This document shows positions 34,643 to 44,129 of a stretch of DNA of 64,000 nucleotides, piece by piece. The notes beneath the pieces were generated by a model. It was not told the origin of the DNA and ran no database searches. It worked only from the letters and a program-made list of their open reading frames with translations. Position 1 is the first letter of the stretch, and the number at the start of each line of letters is the position of its first letter. The DNA lies in NCBI GenBank assembly GCA_025934435.1, contig JAICYB010000009.1, positions 9,724 to 73,723 on the forward strand, written 5' to 3'. Source of the DNA: Actinomycetes bacterium (GTDB lineage: Bacteria > Actinomycetota > JAICYB01). The translations under genes were made by a program, and so were the position numbers.

Positions 34643-35560
34643 TTGGTCGTCCACCCCTGGATCTGGGTTGTGTTCGTCGTCGGCATCCTCGTGCTCCTCG
34701 GGGTCGACCTCTTCTTCCACGACGACGAGCGGGAAGTGTCGATGCGGCAGGCGCTGCTGTGGTCTGCGTTCTGGGTCAGCCTCGGGCTCGGCTTCACGCT
34801 CGTCGTGTGGGCGTGGCACGGTCCGACCGTTGCCGGCGAGTACATCGCCGGTTACCTGATCGAGTACTCGCTCTCCGTCGACAACATCTTCGTGTTCGTG
34901 ATGCTCCTGTCGTATTTCGTCGTACCGCCGCAACAGCAGCACCGCGTGCTCTTCTGGGGGTTCATCGGCGCCCTCGTCTTCCGTGCCGCGTTCATCGGCC
35001 TCGGTGCCGCGCTGCTGCACGCATTCGGCTTCATGACGTACATCTTCGGAGCGTTCCTGCTTTTCACCGCCGTGCGGATGGCCGTCCAGGGAGAGGTCGA
35101 GGTGCACCCGGAGCGCAGTCTCACGCTCCGCGCCTTCCGGCGAGTGATGCCGATGACGGACGGTTATCGCGGTGGAGCGTTCTTCGCCACCGAAGAAGGA
35201 CGGCGCCGCGCCACGCAACTCCTGGCTGTGCTCGTCGTCATCGAAGCGACGGACATCGTCTTCGCCGTCGATTCGATCCCCGCCATCTTCGCCGTGACGA
35301 AGCACGCCTTCATCGTGTTTTCGTCCAACGCCTTCGCGATCCTTGGTTTGCGCTCCCTCTACTTCGTCGTGTCCGGGATGGTGCGCAGGTTCAAGTACCT
35401 GCAGATCGGCCTCGCGGTCGTGCTCGGTTTCGTCGGCGTGAAGATGCTCATCACGCGCGTGGTCGAGATCCCTATCTGGGCCTCGCTCAGCGTCGTCGTC
35501 GGTGTGCTCGCGATCTCAGTGATCGCGTCGCTCGTGGCGGAACGGACTCAGCGCGGATAG
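34643..35560 (+). CDS. TerC-family integral membrane protein.
   Basis: ...YLIEYSLSVDNIFVFVML... and ...AVDSIPAIFAVT... are the duplicated TerC motifs. Multiple TM segments. Confidence 0.7.
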   Translation: MVVHPWIWVVFVVGILVLLGVDLFFHDDEREVSMRQALLWSAFWVSLGLGFTLVVWAWHGPTVAGEYIAGYLIEYSLSVDNIFVFVMLLSYFVVPPQQQHRVLFWGFIGALVFRAAFIGLGAALLHAFGFMTYIFGAFLLFTAVRMAVQGEVEVHPERSLTLRAFRRVMPMTDGYRGGAFFATEEGRRRATQLLAVLVVIEATDIVFAVDSIPAIFAVTKHAFIVFSSNAFAILGLRSLYFVVSGMVRRFKYLQIGLAVVLGFVGVKMLITRVVEIPIWASLSVVVGVLAISVIASLVAERTQRG

Positions 35561-36300
35561 AGGACGAAGCGCGCGCCGCCGATCACGCGTTCGGTGTAGG
35601 CGCCATCGTGCGTCCATTCGAGGCGGTCGATGCCGGGGGTTCGTCCGGCGGCGGCTTCGATGCGGACGAGACCACCGTGCGGCCAGACGAGATCGAACCA
35701 ACCGTCACCGAAGCCGGCGTTCTCGCAGTGGAGGAGGCCTTCGTAGAGATTCGCTGCGACGTCGAGATCGTCCGTGGTGACGACGATGCGCTCGAGACGC
35801 GCCGCCGGTTCGGCCCGCTCCGGCGGGTCCGGCCACCACTGCATGGGTCCGAGATCGCCGCGCTCGCCGGCCGCTTGGATGACTTCGGGATCGATGTCCG
35901 TCGGGTCGATCGCGGACTGCGCGAGCTGGATGACCGTCCCTCCGGCTTGCTTCGGATGCAGGAACGCCTCCTGCCACCATTCATTGCCGAGCATCACGTT
36001 CACCGGGACGAACCCTGCTTCCTCGGCGCGTCCGAGCTCGCGGCGGATGTCGTCGGTCTTGAACGTCATGTGATGGGGCCCCTCGCCGTTGCGGTCGAGG
36101 AAGCGCGCGAGGAAGTCGTTCACCTCGACGTTGTGGGGCTCGAGCAGTTCGATGCGGGACGAACCGGCGTCGACCTGCATCGCGCGGAACCCGACGTTCG
36201 CGCCGCCGAACAGCGCTTGTGCGCCGAGCTCGCCGACAAGCGCGTCGAGGGTCGGGCCGACGTTGCGCAGCCCGAGTGCGACGTGGTCCAGATCGATCAT
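35548..36300 (-). CDS. VOC-family protein (glyoxalase/bleomycin-resistance/dioxygenase fold), two-domain.
   Basis: MIDLDHVALGLRN...RIELLEP and a second beta-alpha-beta-beta-beta-like module. Low-specificity family call. Confidence 0.55.
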   Translation of the reverse strand: MIDLDHVALGLRNVGPTLDALVGELGAQALFGGANVGFRAMQVDAGSSRIELLEPHNVEVNDFLARFLDRNGEGPHHMTFKTDDIRRELGRAEEAGFVPVNVMLGNEWWQEAFLHPKQAGGTVIQLAQSAIDPTDIDPEVIQAAGERGDLGPMQWWPDPPERAEPAARLERIVVTTDDLDVAANLYEGLLHCENAGFGDGWFDLVWPHGGLVRIEAAAGRTPGIDRLEWTHDGAYTERVIGGARFVLYPR

Positions 36301-36337
36301 CGGCGTACCTTACCGAGTCACTGGGTAGGTAAGCGTC

Positions 36338-36475
36338 ATGATCAAACGCTGGTTGATCCGGTTGTTGGTGCTGGCGATCCTGGGGTTCGTCGCGCGCAAG
36401 CTGATGGAGTCCGGCGAGCCGGGCAAGCAGAAGGTCGGCGGCGCCATCGACAAAGCCGTCGGCGTCCTCCGCTAA
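36338..36475 (+). CDS. Small (45 aa) predicted membrane protein. It is not in the ORF track, which has a 60-aa cut-off.
   Basis: ATG...TAA in frame: MIKRWLIRLLVLAILGFVARKLMESGEPGKQKVGGAIDKAVGVLR. One TM helix. Preceded by an imperfect inverted repeat TACCTTACC-N8-GGGTAGGTA about 5-30 nt upstream. Confidence 0.3.
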   Translation: MIKRWLIRLLVLAILGFVARKLMESGEPGKQKVGGAIDKAVGVLR

Positions 36476-37896
36476 CGCCAGGTCCTCCCGATCTCGGTCG
36501 ACGGCGGCGCGTCGAGCAGATCTTCGCTCGCGATGCGGTGCCAGTTCGCCGTCGCTTCCAGGTGTCCGAGAACGGCGGACGTCCCGAACTGGTAGCGCTG
36601 CCACATCGCGAGCATGGCCGGAAACTCGAGGAGCTCCTGGATGTCGCGGTACGGCGAGTCGGGGAGCGCGACGGCGCGGAAGGTGTCGCCGACCATCTTG
36701 CGCGTGTACGTGAACGGTGCGTCGTCCACGATCGGACGAAGCATCATCTGGAAGAACTCCCAGAGACGTGTCCGATCGACCGTGGCACTCTGCGGGATCA
36801 CCTTCCGCGCGCGGAGTGACGTTTCGAGCTCTTCTGGATCGCGGTGCAGCACCGCGAGGCCCGGCGCGCGGACGAGCGCTTTCTCGTCCGGTTCAAGGCG
36901 CTTCACGAGACCGAAGTCGAGGAAACAGACGCGTCCGTCGTCCATGAAGATGTAGTTGCCGGGGTGTGGGTCGCCCGAGAACACGCCGTCGTTCACGATC
37001 GATCCGTTCGCGAAGCGGCTGATGATCTCCCCGTAGTAATTCTTCCGATCCTGTGGTTCGTCCAGGAGGTCGTAGAACTTCCGGCCGGTCACGAGTTCGC
37101 TCGTGAGTACCCGGACGGCTGAGAGTTCCGGGACCGTGTCCGGGATCTTGACGAACTGATGGTTCCGGTATCTGTCGGCGAAGTACTGCTGGTTCGCCGC
37201 CTCTTTCCGGTAATCGAACTCTTCCGTCATCCGTTCGACGACTTCCTGCAGGAACTCCTTCGGGTTGAATCCGCCGAACATCGCCGCGACGGTTTGGAAC
37301 AGCATGTCGGCGTTGGCGAGGTCGGCTTTGATCGCTTCGTCCACGCCCGGGTACTGCACCTTGACGACGACCTGTTTCCCTTCGCGGGTCGTCGCCCGAT
37401 GCACCTGGCCGATGGACGCCGCGGCCATCGGTTGTTCGTCCAGCTCGGCGAACGGGATGCGGCCGAGCTCGGACGTGATCACCTGCTCGACGAGCTCGAA
37501 CGACATCGGCGGCGCGGCCGACTGCAGTTGCGCGAGCTGCTGCTGGACGCCTTCTGGGAGCCCGTCGACGGCGAACGACGCCATCTGCGCGAGCTTCATC
37601 ACCGCGCCCTTCATGTGTCCCATCACCTCGAGGACGTCGGCCGCCGAGCGCATCGCGGCTTCTTCTGCGACGCGCTGCTTGAACTGTTCGCTCCGTCCGA
37701 TGGTCTTGAGCCTTGCGACGCCCATGCGCGCGCCGACGCTCGTCCCCATGCGCGCGAGGTGCGCGCGCCGTGCGTCGGCATCTGTCGCGAGACCGTCGGT
37801 GTGTGAGCCGCGGATGCGGTAGCCGCGTACGGCGTCGCCGAGCGTCCGCGCCATCGTCTTCAGGATCTGCTTGGTCGCGCCGCGCCGTTTGCTCAT
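36472..37896 (-). CDS. ABC1/UbiB-family atypical protein kinase (AarF-domain).
   Basis: ...AAASIGQVHRATTREGKQVVVKVQYPGV... is the ABC1 kinase signature (AASIGQVH). DPHPGNY. Start taken at the internal Met that overlaps the upstream stop (ATGA); the track ORF extends to 37986. Confidence 0.7.
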   Translation of the reverse strand: MSKRRGATKQILKTMARTLGDAVRGYRIRGSHTDGLATDADARRAHLARMGTSVGARMGVARLKTIGRSEQFKQRVAEEAAMRSAADVLEVMGHMKGAVMKLAQMASFAVDGLPEGVQQQLAQLQSAAPPMSFELVEQVITSELGRIPFAELDEQPMAAASIGQVHRATTREGKQVVVKVQYPGVDEAIKADLANADMLFQTVAAMFGGFNPKEFLQEVVERMTEEFDYRKEAANQQYFADRYRNHQFVKIPDTVPELSAVRVLTSELVTGRKFYDLLDEPQDRKNYYGEIISRFANGSIVNDGVFSGDPHPGNYIFMDDGRVCFLDFGLVKRLEPDEKALVRAPGLAVLHRDPEELETSLRARKVIPQSATVDRTRLWEFFQMMLRPIVDDAPFTYTRKMVGDTFRAVALPDSPYRDIQELLEFPAMLAMWQRYQFGTSAVLGHLEATANWHRIASEDLLDAPPSTEIGRTWR

Positions 37897-38537
37897 ACCG
37901 GAACCGTTGTATTCCCGAGGGACGGGGCGGTATTCGCGAGGCTCCGCCAGAGGTACCAGCTTGCGACCGACCGCCACGGGCGCCACGGCTCCGCGACTTC
38001 GATGAGGTTCGGCTTCGTGGGCTCGATGCCGTAGAGGTTCTTCACCGCGTTACGGAGGCCGAGGTCGTCGATGGCCCAGACGTCGGGACGACCGAGCCGA
38101 AAGATGAGGAACATCTCGGCGGTCCATCGTCCGACACCTTTGACCGCGACGAGAGCGTCGACGATCTCGTCATCGGACTTACGGACGAGCTTCGCGAAGT
38201 TGAGCTTTCCTGAGTCGACGTGCGCGGCGAGGTCTTTCACGTAGAGCACCTTCGCGCCCGAGAGTCCGGCGCCGCGGAGGGTTTCGTCCGGCGCGGCGAG
38301 GATGTCGGCCGGGACGATCTTCCGACCGTTCGGATGTAGCGCGGCGACGCGCTGGAAGATCGTCTCTGCCGCTTTCGCCGAGAGCTGCTGTCCGACGATG
38401 GCGCGCAGGATCGTCGTGAAGTGATCGCCGCGGGCGCCGGGCTCGAGCAGGCACGGACCGACGCGTTTGATCAGGGCGCGCATCACCGGGTCGCGCTTCG
38501 CGAGGTGCTTCGTCGCCGCCTGCGTGTCGAGCGTCAT
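37893..38537 (-). CDS. HhH-GPD superfamily DNA glycosylase (AlkA-like 3-methyladenine DNA glycosylase II).
   Basis: ...LRGAGLSGAKVLYVKDLA...VKGVGRWTAEMFLIFRLGRPDVWAIDDLG... is the helix-hairpin-helix plus Gly/Pro-rich loop with the catalytic Asp. Start at the internal Met overlapping the Nei stop (ATGA). Confidence 0.65.
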   Translation of the reverse strand: MTLDTQAATKHLAKRDPVMRALIKRVGPCLLEPGARGDHFTTILRAIVGQQLSAKAAETIFQRVAALHPNGRKIVPADILAAPDETLRGAGLSGAKVLYVKDLAAHVDSGKLNFAKLVRKSDDEIVDALVAVKGVGRWTAEMFLIFRLGRPDVWAIDDLGLRNAVKNLYGIEPTKPNLIEVAEPWRPWRSVASWYLWRSLANTAPSLGNTTVPV

Positions 38538-39370
38538 CGGATCAAGCGTGACATGCGACGGTCGGCGAGGATCTTGCCGCCTGTTTGGCATGTGGGGCAG
38601 TAGGTGACCTCGTGCGACTCGTAAGAGACGCGACGCAGGTCGTCGCCGCACACCGGACAAGGTTTGCCGTGCTCGTGGTGGACGACCCAGTGGTCGCCGA
38701 CCTTCGTCGGGAGACCCCCCGTTCGCTTGCGCTCGATCTCCAAGCCGTTGGCGAGGGTTTCCTCGATCGCTTGAAGGAGCCGTTCGCGGTCGTCGGCCTT
38801 CATCGACTTGAGCGATGCGAAGGGCGAGATCTTCGCGGCGTGCAGGGCGTCGTCGCTGTAGCCGCGCCCGATGCCCGCGACGGTGCGTTGGTCGCGAAGG
38901 ATCGTGTGGATGCGTCTTGAGTCTTGCCCAGTGCGGATGAGATCTTCGAACTCCTTCGAACCCGGTTCCGGGCCGAGTCCGTCCATCGGGCCGATGTCAT
39001 CTTCGGCCAGGACCCACCAACCGGCCTTGCGCTCCGTCCCGAATTCCTTCAGCAGGACGGCGCGGTTGTTGTCGAACTTCCACCGGACGACGTACCCCTT
39101 CGCCTTGTTCGTCTTCTTCGGGGGCTCTTCGAAGTCGACCCGTCCGCCTTGCGAGAGGTGGAAGGCGATCTTCACATCGCCGAAGTGGAGCATGACGTAC
39201 TTGCCTCGCCGTGATGTCCGCTCGAGTGTTCGGCCTTTCAGAGCTTCCGGCGCCGGATCGAATGTTTTCAGCGCGGAGAATTGCAGCGGCTCGTAGCCGG
39301 TGAACGTCGCACCGCCGACGTACGACTCGATGCGCTCGGCGAGCGCCTGCATCTCGGGTAGTTCGGGCAA
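38534..39370 (-). CDS. Fpg/Nei-family DNA glycosylase (formamidopyrimidine-DNA glycosylase / endonuclease VIII).
   Basis: N-terminal MPELPEM (Pro2 nucleophile, Glu3). C-terminal zinc finger CPVCGDDL...CPTCQ. Confidence 0.8.
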   Translation of the reverse strand: MPELPEMQALAERIESYVGGATFTGYEPLQFSALKTFDPAPEALKGRTLERTSRRGKYVMLHFGDVKIAFHLSQGGRVDFEEPPKKTNKAKGYVVRWKFDNNRAVLLKEFGTERKAGWWVLAEDDIGPMDGLGPEPGSKEFEDLIRTGQDSRRIHTILRDQRTVAGIGRGYSDDALHAAKISPFASLKSMKADDRERLLQAIEETLANGLEIERKRTGGLPTKVGDHWVVHHEHGKPCPVCGDDLRRVSYESHEVTYCPTCQTGGKILADRRMSRLIR

Positions 39371-40219
39371 TTAGTTCTGCTGCTTCGCGAGCTCCGGACG
39401 ACCCGACCATACCCACGCCTGGTCCTTCGGGCTCACGCCGATCAGTACGCCGTGCGTCGCGGACGGGTGGATGAAGATGCTCGTGCGCGCGTCCTTCGTC
39501 GGGTTACCCGCGTAGCGCGCGCCCACGGCGTCGAGGCGCCGCGCGAGCTCGGGAGTGTCGTGGCACTCCGTGTAGAACATGTACGGACCTTCGCCCCGTT
39601 TCACGAAGAACTTGCCCATGGCTTTCTCCGTGTCGTACGGGTGGACGACCTCGACGCGGTCGAGGAGTCGCGGCGGATCGAAGAGCGTGAGGACGCCTTC
39701 GTACCCGTAATGGTCGCTCTTGATCGGCGAGAAGCGCATGCCCTCGAGGCCGAAGGCGTCCGTCCAGAATGCGCTGGCCGCCTGCCAATCGTGGACGAGA
39801 TGCGTCACCTCGTAGAGGAACGAGATGATGCCCACCTGTTCGCGATCCGCGTGCTCTGAGATGACTGTGCGGAGCCCAAAGGTTCGGGACGGATCCACGA
39901 AGATCATCCCGTCCTCGCTGACGTTGCTGATCGACCGCTCGTCGAGCCGCTTCGCGATTTCGTCCGGTTTCTTGCTCGAGAACACCGCGGCGAAGAGTCC
40001 TTCGTCGTTCGTATCGAGGAACTCCTGGAGCGCGCCGGGCCCCCGGGGCTCAGCGAGGCGGAGGAGGTCCGTCCCGCAGGCGAGGATCGCGATGCGCGCG
40101 TTCCACACATCCGAGTCGCGTATCTCGAGGAACTGTGCGCCGAAGATGTCACCGAATCGCTTCGTCGCCGCCTCCGCGTCGCGGACGGCGAGGACGACTC
40201 CTTCCAGCTGTTCGAGCAT
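39371..40219 (-). CDS. VOC-family (glyoxalase-like) two-domain protein.
   Basis: Two repeated VOC-like modules. It lies directly between the P450 and Nei genes with 0-1 nt spacing. Confidence 0.55.
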   Translation of the reverse strand: MLEQLEGVVLAVRDAEAATKRFGDIFGAQFLEIRDSDVWNARIAILACGTDLLRLAEPRGPGALQEFLDTNDEGLFAAVFSSKKPDEIAKRLDERSISNVSEDGMIFVDPSRTFGLRTVISEHADREQVGIISFLYEVTHLVHDWQAASAFWTDAFGLEGMRFSPIKSDHYGYEGVLTLFDPPRLLDRVEVVHPYDTEKAMGKFFVKRGEGPYMFYTECHDTPELARRLDAVGARYAGNPTKDARTSIFIHPSATHGVLIGVSPKDQAWVWSGRPELAKQQN

Positions 40220-41452
40220 CTAGAACCTCACCTTCATCGAGTTCATCCCGTGGAGCGTCAGTGTGTTCCTCCACTCGGGTTCGCCGTCGAGTCGCATGTT
40301 GGGGAATCGACGCAAGAGTTCCGTGAACGCGATCTGTGCTTCGAGGCGCGCGAGCGGCGCACCCAGGCAGAAGTGGACGCCCGCTCCGAACGACACAACC
40401 TGCGGTTTGTCCCGGGTGATGTTCAGCGTGTCCGGATCGGCGAACTGCTCGGGGTCGCGGTTGCCGGCGCCGAGCAACGTCACGACTTGCTGTCCCTTCT
40501 TCACGGTCACGCCGGCGACGTCGATGTCTTCGAGCGCGGTGCGCGCGGTGAGCTGCACGGGGGAGTCGTAGCGGAGTAGTTCTTCGATCGCGTTCCGCAT
40601 CAACGAGTTGTCGTCGCGCAGCATCTGGAACTGATCGCGGTTGCGGAGGAGCGCGAGCAGGCCGTTACCGATGAGGCTCTGCGTGGTCTCGTGCCCGGCG
40701 ATGAAGACGAGGACGCAGAGCGCGAAGAGCTCTTCAGTCGTCAGGCGGTCGCCGCCTTCCTCCGCGGCGATCAATGCGCTCAGGAGGTCGTCCTTCGGAT
40801 CCGCCCGCCGCTTCTCGATGAGCCCCGCGAAGTAGACGATGAACTGGCTGAGCGCGCCGATCGCTTTCTGCATCTTGTCCGGCGGCAGGACGGGATCGAG
40901 GATCGGCGCGACGTCCCCGGACAAGCCCTTGAAGAGGTCGCGGTCTTCGACCGGGACACCCATCAGCTCACAGATCACGAGCGCGGGAAGCGGATACGCG
41001 AAGTCGGCGACGACGTCCATGCCCTCGCTTCCCACGTCGTCCAGCAGGTCGCCGACGATCTCTTGGATGTGCGGACGAAGCGCCTCGACGGTTCGGCGGG
41101 TAAAGGCTTTGTTGACGAGGTTCCGCATGCGTGTGTGATCGGGTGGATCGGTGAACAGCAGGACGAGGCCCGCCATCTGTTCGAAGGGACTGACGGCATT
41201 CGGGTCGTCCGAGGAGAACTCGCGGAACAGGGAGTTTCGCGGGTCGTTCGAGAATCGATCGTCGCGGAGGACGGCGAGGATGTCGTCGTAGCGAGTGAAG
41301 GTCCACACACCCGGTTCGATGAAGTGCGTCGGGTGCTCTTCCCGGTACTTCTTGTAGAGCGGGTACGGGTTCCCGTTGTGCGGCGGCTCGACGAGCGGCG
41401 CGAGCAGGGGATTGACGAATTCTTGGACGACGGAACCCACGGCTTCGGTCAT
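40220..41452 (-). CDS. Cytochrome P450, a paralog of the P450 at 26499..27659.
   Basis: ATG 5 nt after GGGAGG. FGAGVHFCLGAPLARLE heme loop. VFIAGHETT. EELLRYDSPV. About 50% identical to the first P450 across the C-terminal half. Confidence 0.85.
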   Translation of the reverse strand: MTEAVGSVVQEFVNPLLAPLVEPPHNGNPYPLYKKYREEHPTHFIEPGVWTFTRYDDILAVLRDDRFSNDPRNSLFREFSSDDPNAVSPFEQMAGLVLLFTDPPDHTRMRNLVNKAFTRRTVEALRPHIQEIVGDLLDDVGSEGMDVVADFAYPLPALVICELMGVPVEDRDLFKGLSGDVAPILDPVLPPDKMQKAIGALSQFIVYFAGLIEKRRADPKDDLLSALIAAEEGGDRLTTEELFALCVLVFIAGHETTQSLIGNGLLALLRNRDQFQMLRDDNSLMRNAIEELLRYDSPVQLTARTALEDIDVAGVTVKKGQQVVTLLGAGNRDPEQFADPDTLNITRDKPQVVSFGAGVHFCLGAPLARLEAQIAFTELLRRFPNMRLDGEPEWRNTLTLHGMNSMKVRF

Positions 41453-41520
41453 GTTGACCTCCCGCCTGATGATGCCCGAGGCTGGGGGCCTCACGCATCC
41501 GCCCGAGGGAGGGTTTTCCG

Positions 41521-42342
41521 ATGACCGACACCAAGACCGACGTCGTCCTCTACGACGTATCTGATGGGATCGCGACCCTAACGCTGAACCGTCCGGAGCG
41601 CCTCAACGCGTGGACCGGCGGTCTCGCGAAGCGCTACTACGGACTGCTCGAGCAGGCCGCGGCCGATGACGACGTGCGTGTCATCGTCGTCACCGGTGCG
41701 GGCAAGGGCTGGTGCGCCGGCGCCGATATGGATTCGCTCCAGGGCAATGCCGAAGTGGACGACTCCGACGCGGGGTTGGACCGTCCGATCTGGTTCCCGA
41801 CAACCGTGCCGAAACCGATCATCGCGGCGATCAACGGCGCGTGCGCCGGCATCGGCCTCTGCGCCGCGCTGATGTGCGATCTGCGCTTCGCCGCCGCGGG
41901 CGCGAAGTTCACGACGGCGTTCGTGCGTCGCGGACTGATCGCCGAGCACGGTTCCTCGTGGGCCCTTCCCCGGCTCATCGGCCACGCCGCGGCGTTGGAC
42001 CTACTGTTCTCGGGTCGCGTCTTCCTCGCCGAAGAGGCGAAGGACCTCGGCGTCGTGAACCAGGTGTTCGCGCCGGACGAGCTCCTCGCGAAGACACGCG
42101 AGTACGCGACCGACCTCATCGAGCACTGCTCGCCGAAGTCGATGGCGACCATCAAGGCCGAGATCTACCGGCACTGGGGCGCGGACGTCGCAACCGCGAC
42201 GACCGAGGCGAACAAGCTCATGACGCGTTCGTTCGCGTTCCCGGACTTCCGCGAGGGTGTACAGAGCTTCGTCCAGAAGCGGAATCCGGACTTCGAGCCG
42301 CTGCCGACCGACTACGAAGTCCTGCCGAAAGACTGGAGCTAG
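41521..42342 (+). CDS. Enoyl-CoA hydratase/isomerase (crotonase family).
   Basis: VTGAGKGWCAGADM oxyanion-hole region. IAAINGACAGIGLCAALMCDLRFAA. Confidence 0.8.
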   Translation: MTDTKTDVVLYDVSDGIATLTLNRPERLNAWTGGLAKRYYGLLEQAAADDDVRVIVVTGAGKGWCAGADMDSLQGNAEVDDSDAGLDRPIWFPTTVPKPIIAAINGACAGIGLCAALMCDLRFAAAGAKFTTAFVRRGLIAEHGSSWALPRLIGHAAALDLLFSGRVFLAEEAKDLGVVNQVFAPDELLAKTREYATDLIEHCSPKSMATIKAEIYRHWGADVATATTEANKLMTRSFAFPDFREGVQSFVQKRNPDFEPLPTDYEVLPKDWS

Positions 42343-42349
42343 CCCGAAC

Positions 42350-42388
42350 CTGGTCGCGTAGCGCGGAACAACCGCGTTCCGCGACCAG
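42350..42388. terminator. Bidirectional stem-loop between the convergent crotonase and GNAT genes.
   Basis: CTGGTCGCG...GCGGAAC-AACC-GTTCCGC...CGCGACCAG, a nested GC-rich hairpin (about 9 bp outer and 7 bp inner stems) that immediately abuts both stop codons. Confidence 0.5.
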
Positions 42389-42772
42389 TTAGCGCAGTTC
42401 GTCCATCCGGACGAGGCCGGCGGGCGTCGGACGGAACCCTGCCGGCTCGTAGAAGTCGCGCATGAGGGCTTCGTCCGAGTCGACGTGCATCCATTCGATC
42501 TCCGGCACGCGCGCGGTCGCTGCGAGAGCCTCCTTCACCAGTTCCGTTCCGATGCCGCGGTGGCGGTAGTCCGGATGCACGGTCGGATCGAGCAGGAAGG
42601 CGTGGACGCCGCCGTCCCACGCGATGTTCGCGTAGCCGATCAGTCGATCGTCGTCGAACGCGCCGATCCACGTGAGACTGCGCGCGAGGACCTGGAGGTA
42701 GTCGTACGGCCCGCCGAGCAGCTCTTCGAGCTGCTCGTTACGAACCTCAGGACGTTCGCGGTAGTCGATCAA
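42389..42772 (-). CDS. GNAT-family N-acetyltransferase.
   Basis: HPDYRHRGIGTELV (acetyl-CoA binding R/Q-x-x-G-x-G/A). 127 aa. Confidence 0.75.
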   Translation of the reverse strand: MIDYRERPEVRNEQLEELLGGPYDYLQVLARSLTWIGAFDDDRLIGYANIAWDGGVHAFLLDPTVHPDYRHRGIGTELVKEALAATARVPEIEWMHVDSDEALMRDFYEPAGFRPTPAGLVRMDELR

Positions 42773-43406
42773 TGACGTCGCCGTTCGGGGCGAAGAACTC
42801 GAGCTGATCGATATCGAGCCGCGCTCGCGTCACGTTGTCGAAGTCGACGATCTCGATCTCATGTGCCGTGAGCATCCCGCGGCCCTGGCGCCAGATCCGT
42901 CGTACGCGCGATGCGAGCGAACGTGCGCTGTAGATCAGGACGAGACCGATCGCGAAGTACAACGCCGCTCCGATGAGATCGCGCTGTACCTCGATCACCT
43001 GAACGGCGTGCACGCCGACTTCCGCCGGCCCGACCGACGCGCTGCGGGTCTGGAAGAACGCGACCACAGCACCGAACAGCTGCACGAATCCTCCGGCGAC
43101 GAGATAGAGGCCGAGGACGGAAAAGGCGATGGAGTGGACGTCGAGTGGCGTCGCTCGCGGTGCCTCGGTCAGGGGCTCGGGTTCTCGCGGGCCGAGCGCA
43201 CGGTCCGCGAGTGGTACGGCCGCGAACCAGACGATGATCCCGAGGACGATCAAGAGCGCCGATGTGATCGCGCCGGCCGTCGTGAGCTCACGGAACCCGT
43301 GGAACGCGTTCGCTTCGATGATGAGTGCGACGCTTTGTATCCCGCGGAACGCGACGTACAGCCCGAATACCTTCATGGTGAGACGTGCGACGTCCCTGAT
43401 GTTCAT
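42747..43406 (-). CDS. Hypothetical integral membrane protein (4 TM helices plus a cytoplasmic C-terminal domain).
   Basis: Second ATG 6 nt after GGGGAGG. TM segments such as VFGLYVAFRGIQSVALIIEA, AITSALLIVLGIIVWFAAV and IAFSVLGLYLVAGGFVQLFGAVVAFF. The upstream 200 codons of the track ORF are Arg-rich non-coding. Confidence 0.5.
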   Translation of the reverse strand: MNIRDVARLTMKVFGLYVAFRGIQSVALIIEANAFHGFRELTTAGAITSALLIVLGIIVWFAAVPLADRALGPREPEPLTEAPRATPLDVHSIAFSVLGLYLVAGGFVQLFGAVVAFFQTRSASVGPAEVGVHAVQVIEVQRDLIGAALYFAIGLVLIYSARSLASRVRRIWRQGRGMLTAHEIEIVDFDNVTRARLDIDQLEFFAPNGDVIDRLPRTS

Positions 43407-43426
43407 AGCCATCCTCCCCGCGAGGT

Positions 43427-44128
43427 CTACGCCAAAGCACGTAAAGCTTGGCGCAACTTCGGGTCGAGCGGGTGGTCCTTCGGGAGCCGCGCGGTAACTG
43501 CCTCGACGAAGTCGGTGACCGGCAGCGACGCCGACACGTCCTCGGACGAGACGGAATACGCGGACCCTTCGCGTCGGAACGAAACGGGTTTCTCCGCTTC
43601 GAGCACCGCGAACTCGCTTACCTTCGAGCGCCATTCCGTCCGCGCCGCGCGATCTGCGTCCGACAGTGACACGTCCATGTCGTCGCCGTGCGTCGCGTAT
43701 TCGCTCGCGACGTGGAACGCCATCGAGCCGACCGGATACGGACCGACGGACGACGTCATGCTCCCGTCGCGCCCGCGCTCCCGCATCCGTTTGCGCACTT
43801 CGAGGTTGCGCGTCCGCCAGATGTCGAACAGCTCGTCGGTCGACTTCGAACGGCCCTCGGCCACCGGGACGGCGTTGAACCCGTCGAGGTCGTTCGCTCC
43901 CTGCTTCGACATCTCTTCGAACAACTCGCCGAGTGAGTCGTCCAAACACGCAAGGTGGTAACGCTCGACGCCGCCGACGTGCGCGAGCAGATCCTTGATG
44001 TCCCACCCTTCGCAGCGCGTCGGCGCCGACCAGTCGGGTGACGATTGGAAGAACTGCGCGACCCGCTCGGACTCCCGGTCGAGAAGCTCGAACGGATCGA
44101 GATCGGCGACGCGTTCCTCACCGGCCAT
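43427..44128 (-). CDS. DinB/MDMPI-N-like protein (actinobacterial mycothiol-dependent maleylpyruvate-isomerase N-terminal-domain family).
   Basis: ...WSAPTRCEGWDIKDLLAHVGGVERYHLACL... resembles the TIGR03083/DinB_2 N-terminal helical-bundle pattern (metal-binding His). Moderate confidence from motif recall only. Confidence 0.5.
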   Translation of the reverse strand: MAGEERVADLDPFELLDRESERVAQFFQSSPDWSAPTRCEGWDIKDLLAHVGGVERYHLACLDDSLGELFEEMSKQGANDLDGFNAVPVAEGRSKSTDELFDIWRTRNLEVRKRMRERGRDGSMTSSVGPYPVGSMAFHVASEYATHGDDMDVSLSDADRAARTEWRSKVSEFAVLEAEKPVSFRREGSAYSVSSEDVSASLPVTDFVEAVTARLPKDHPLDPKLRQALRALA

Positions 44129-44129
44129 G

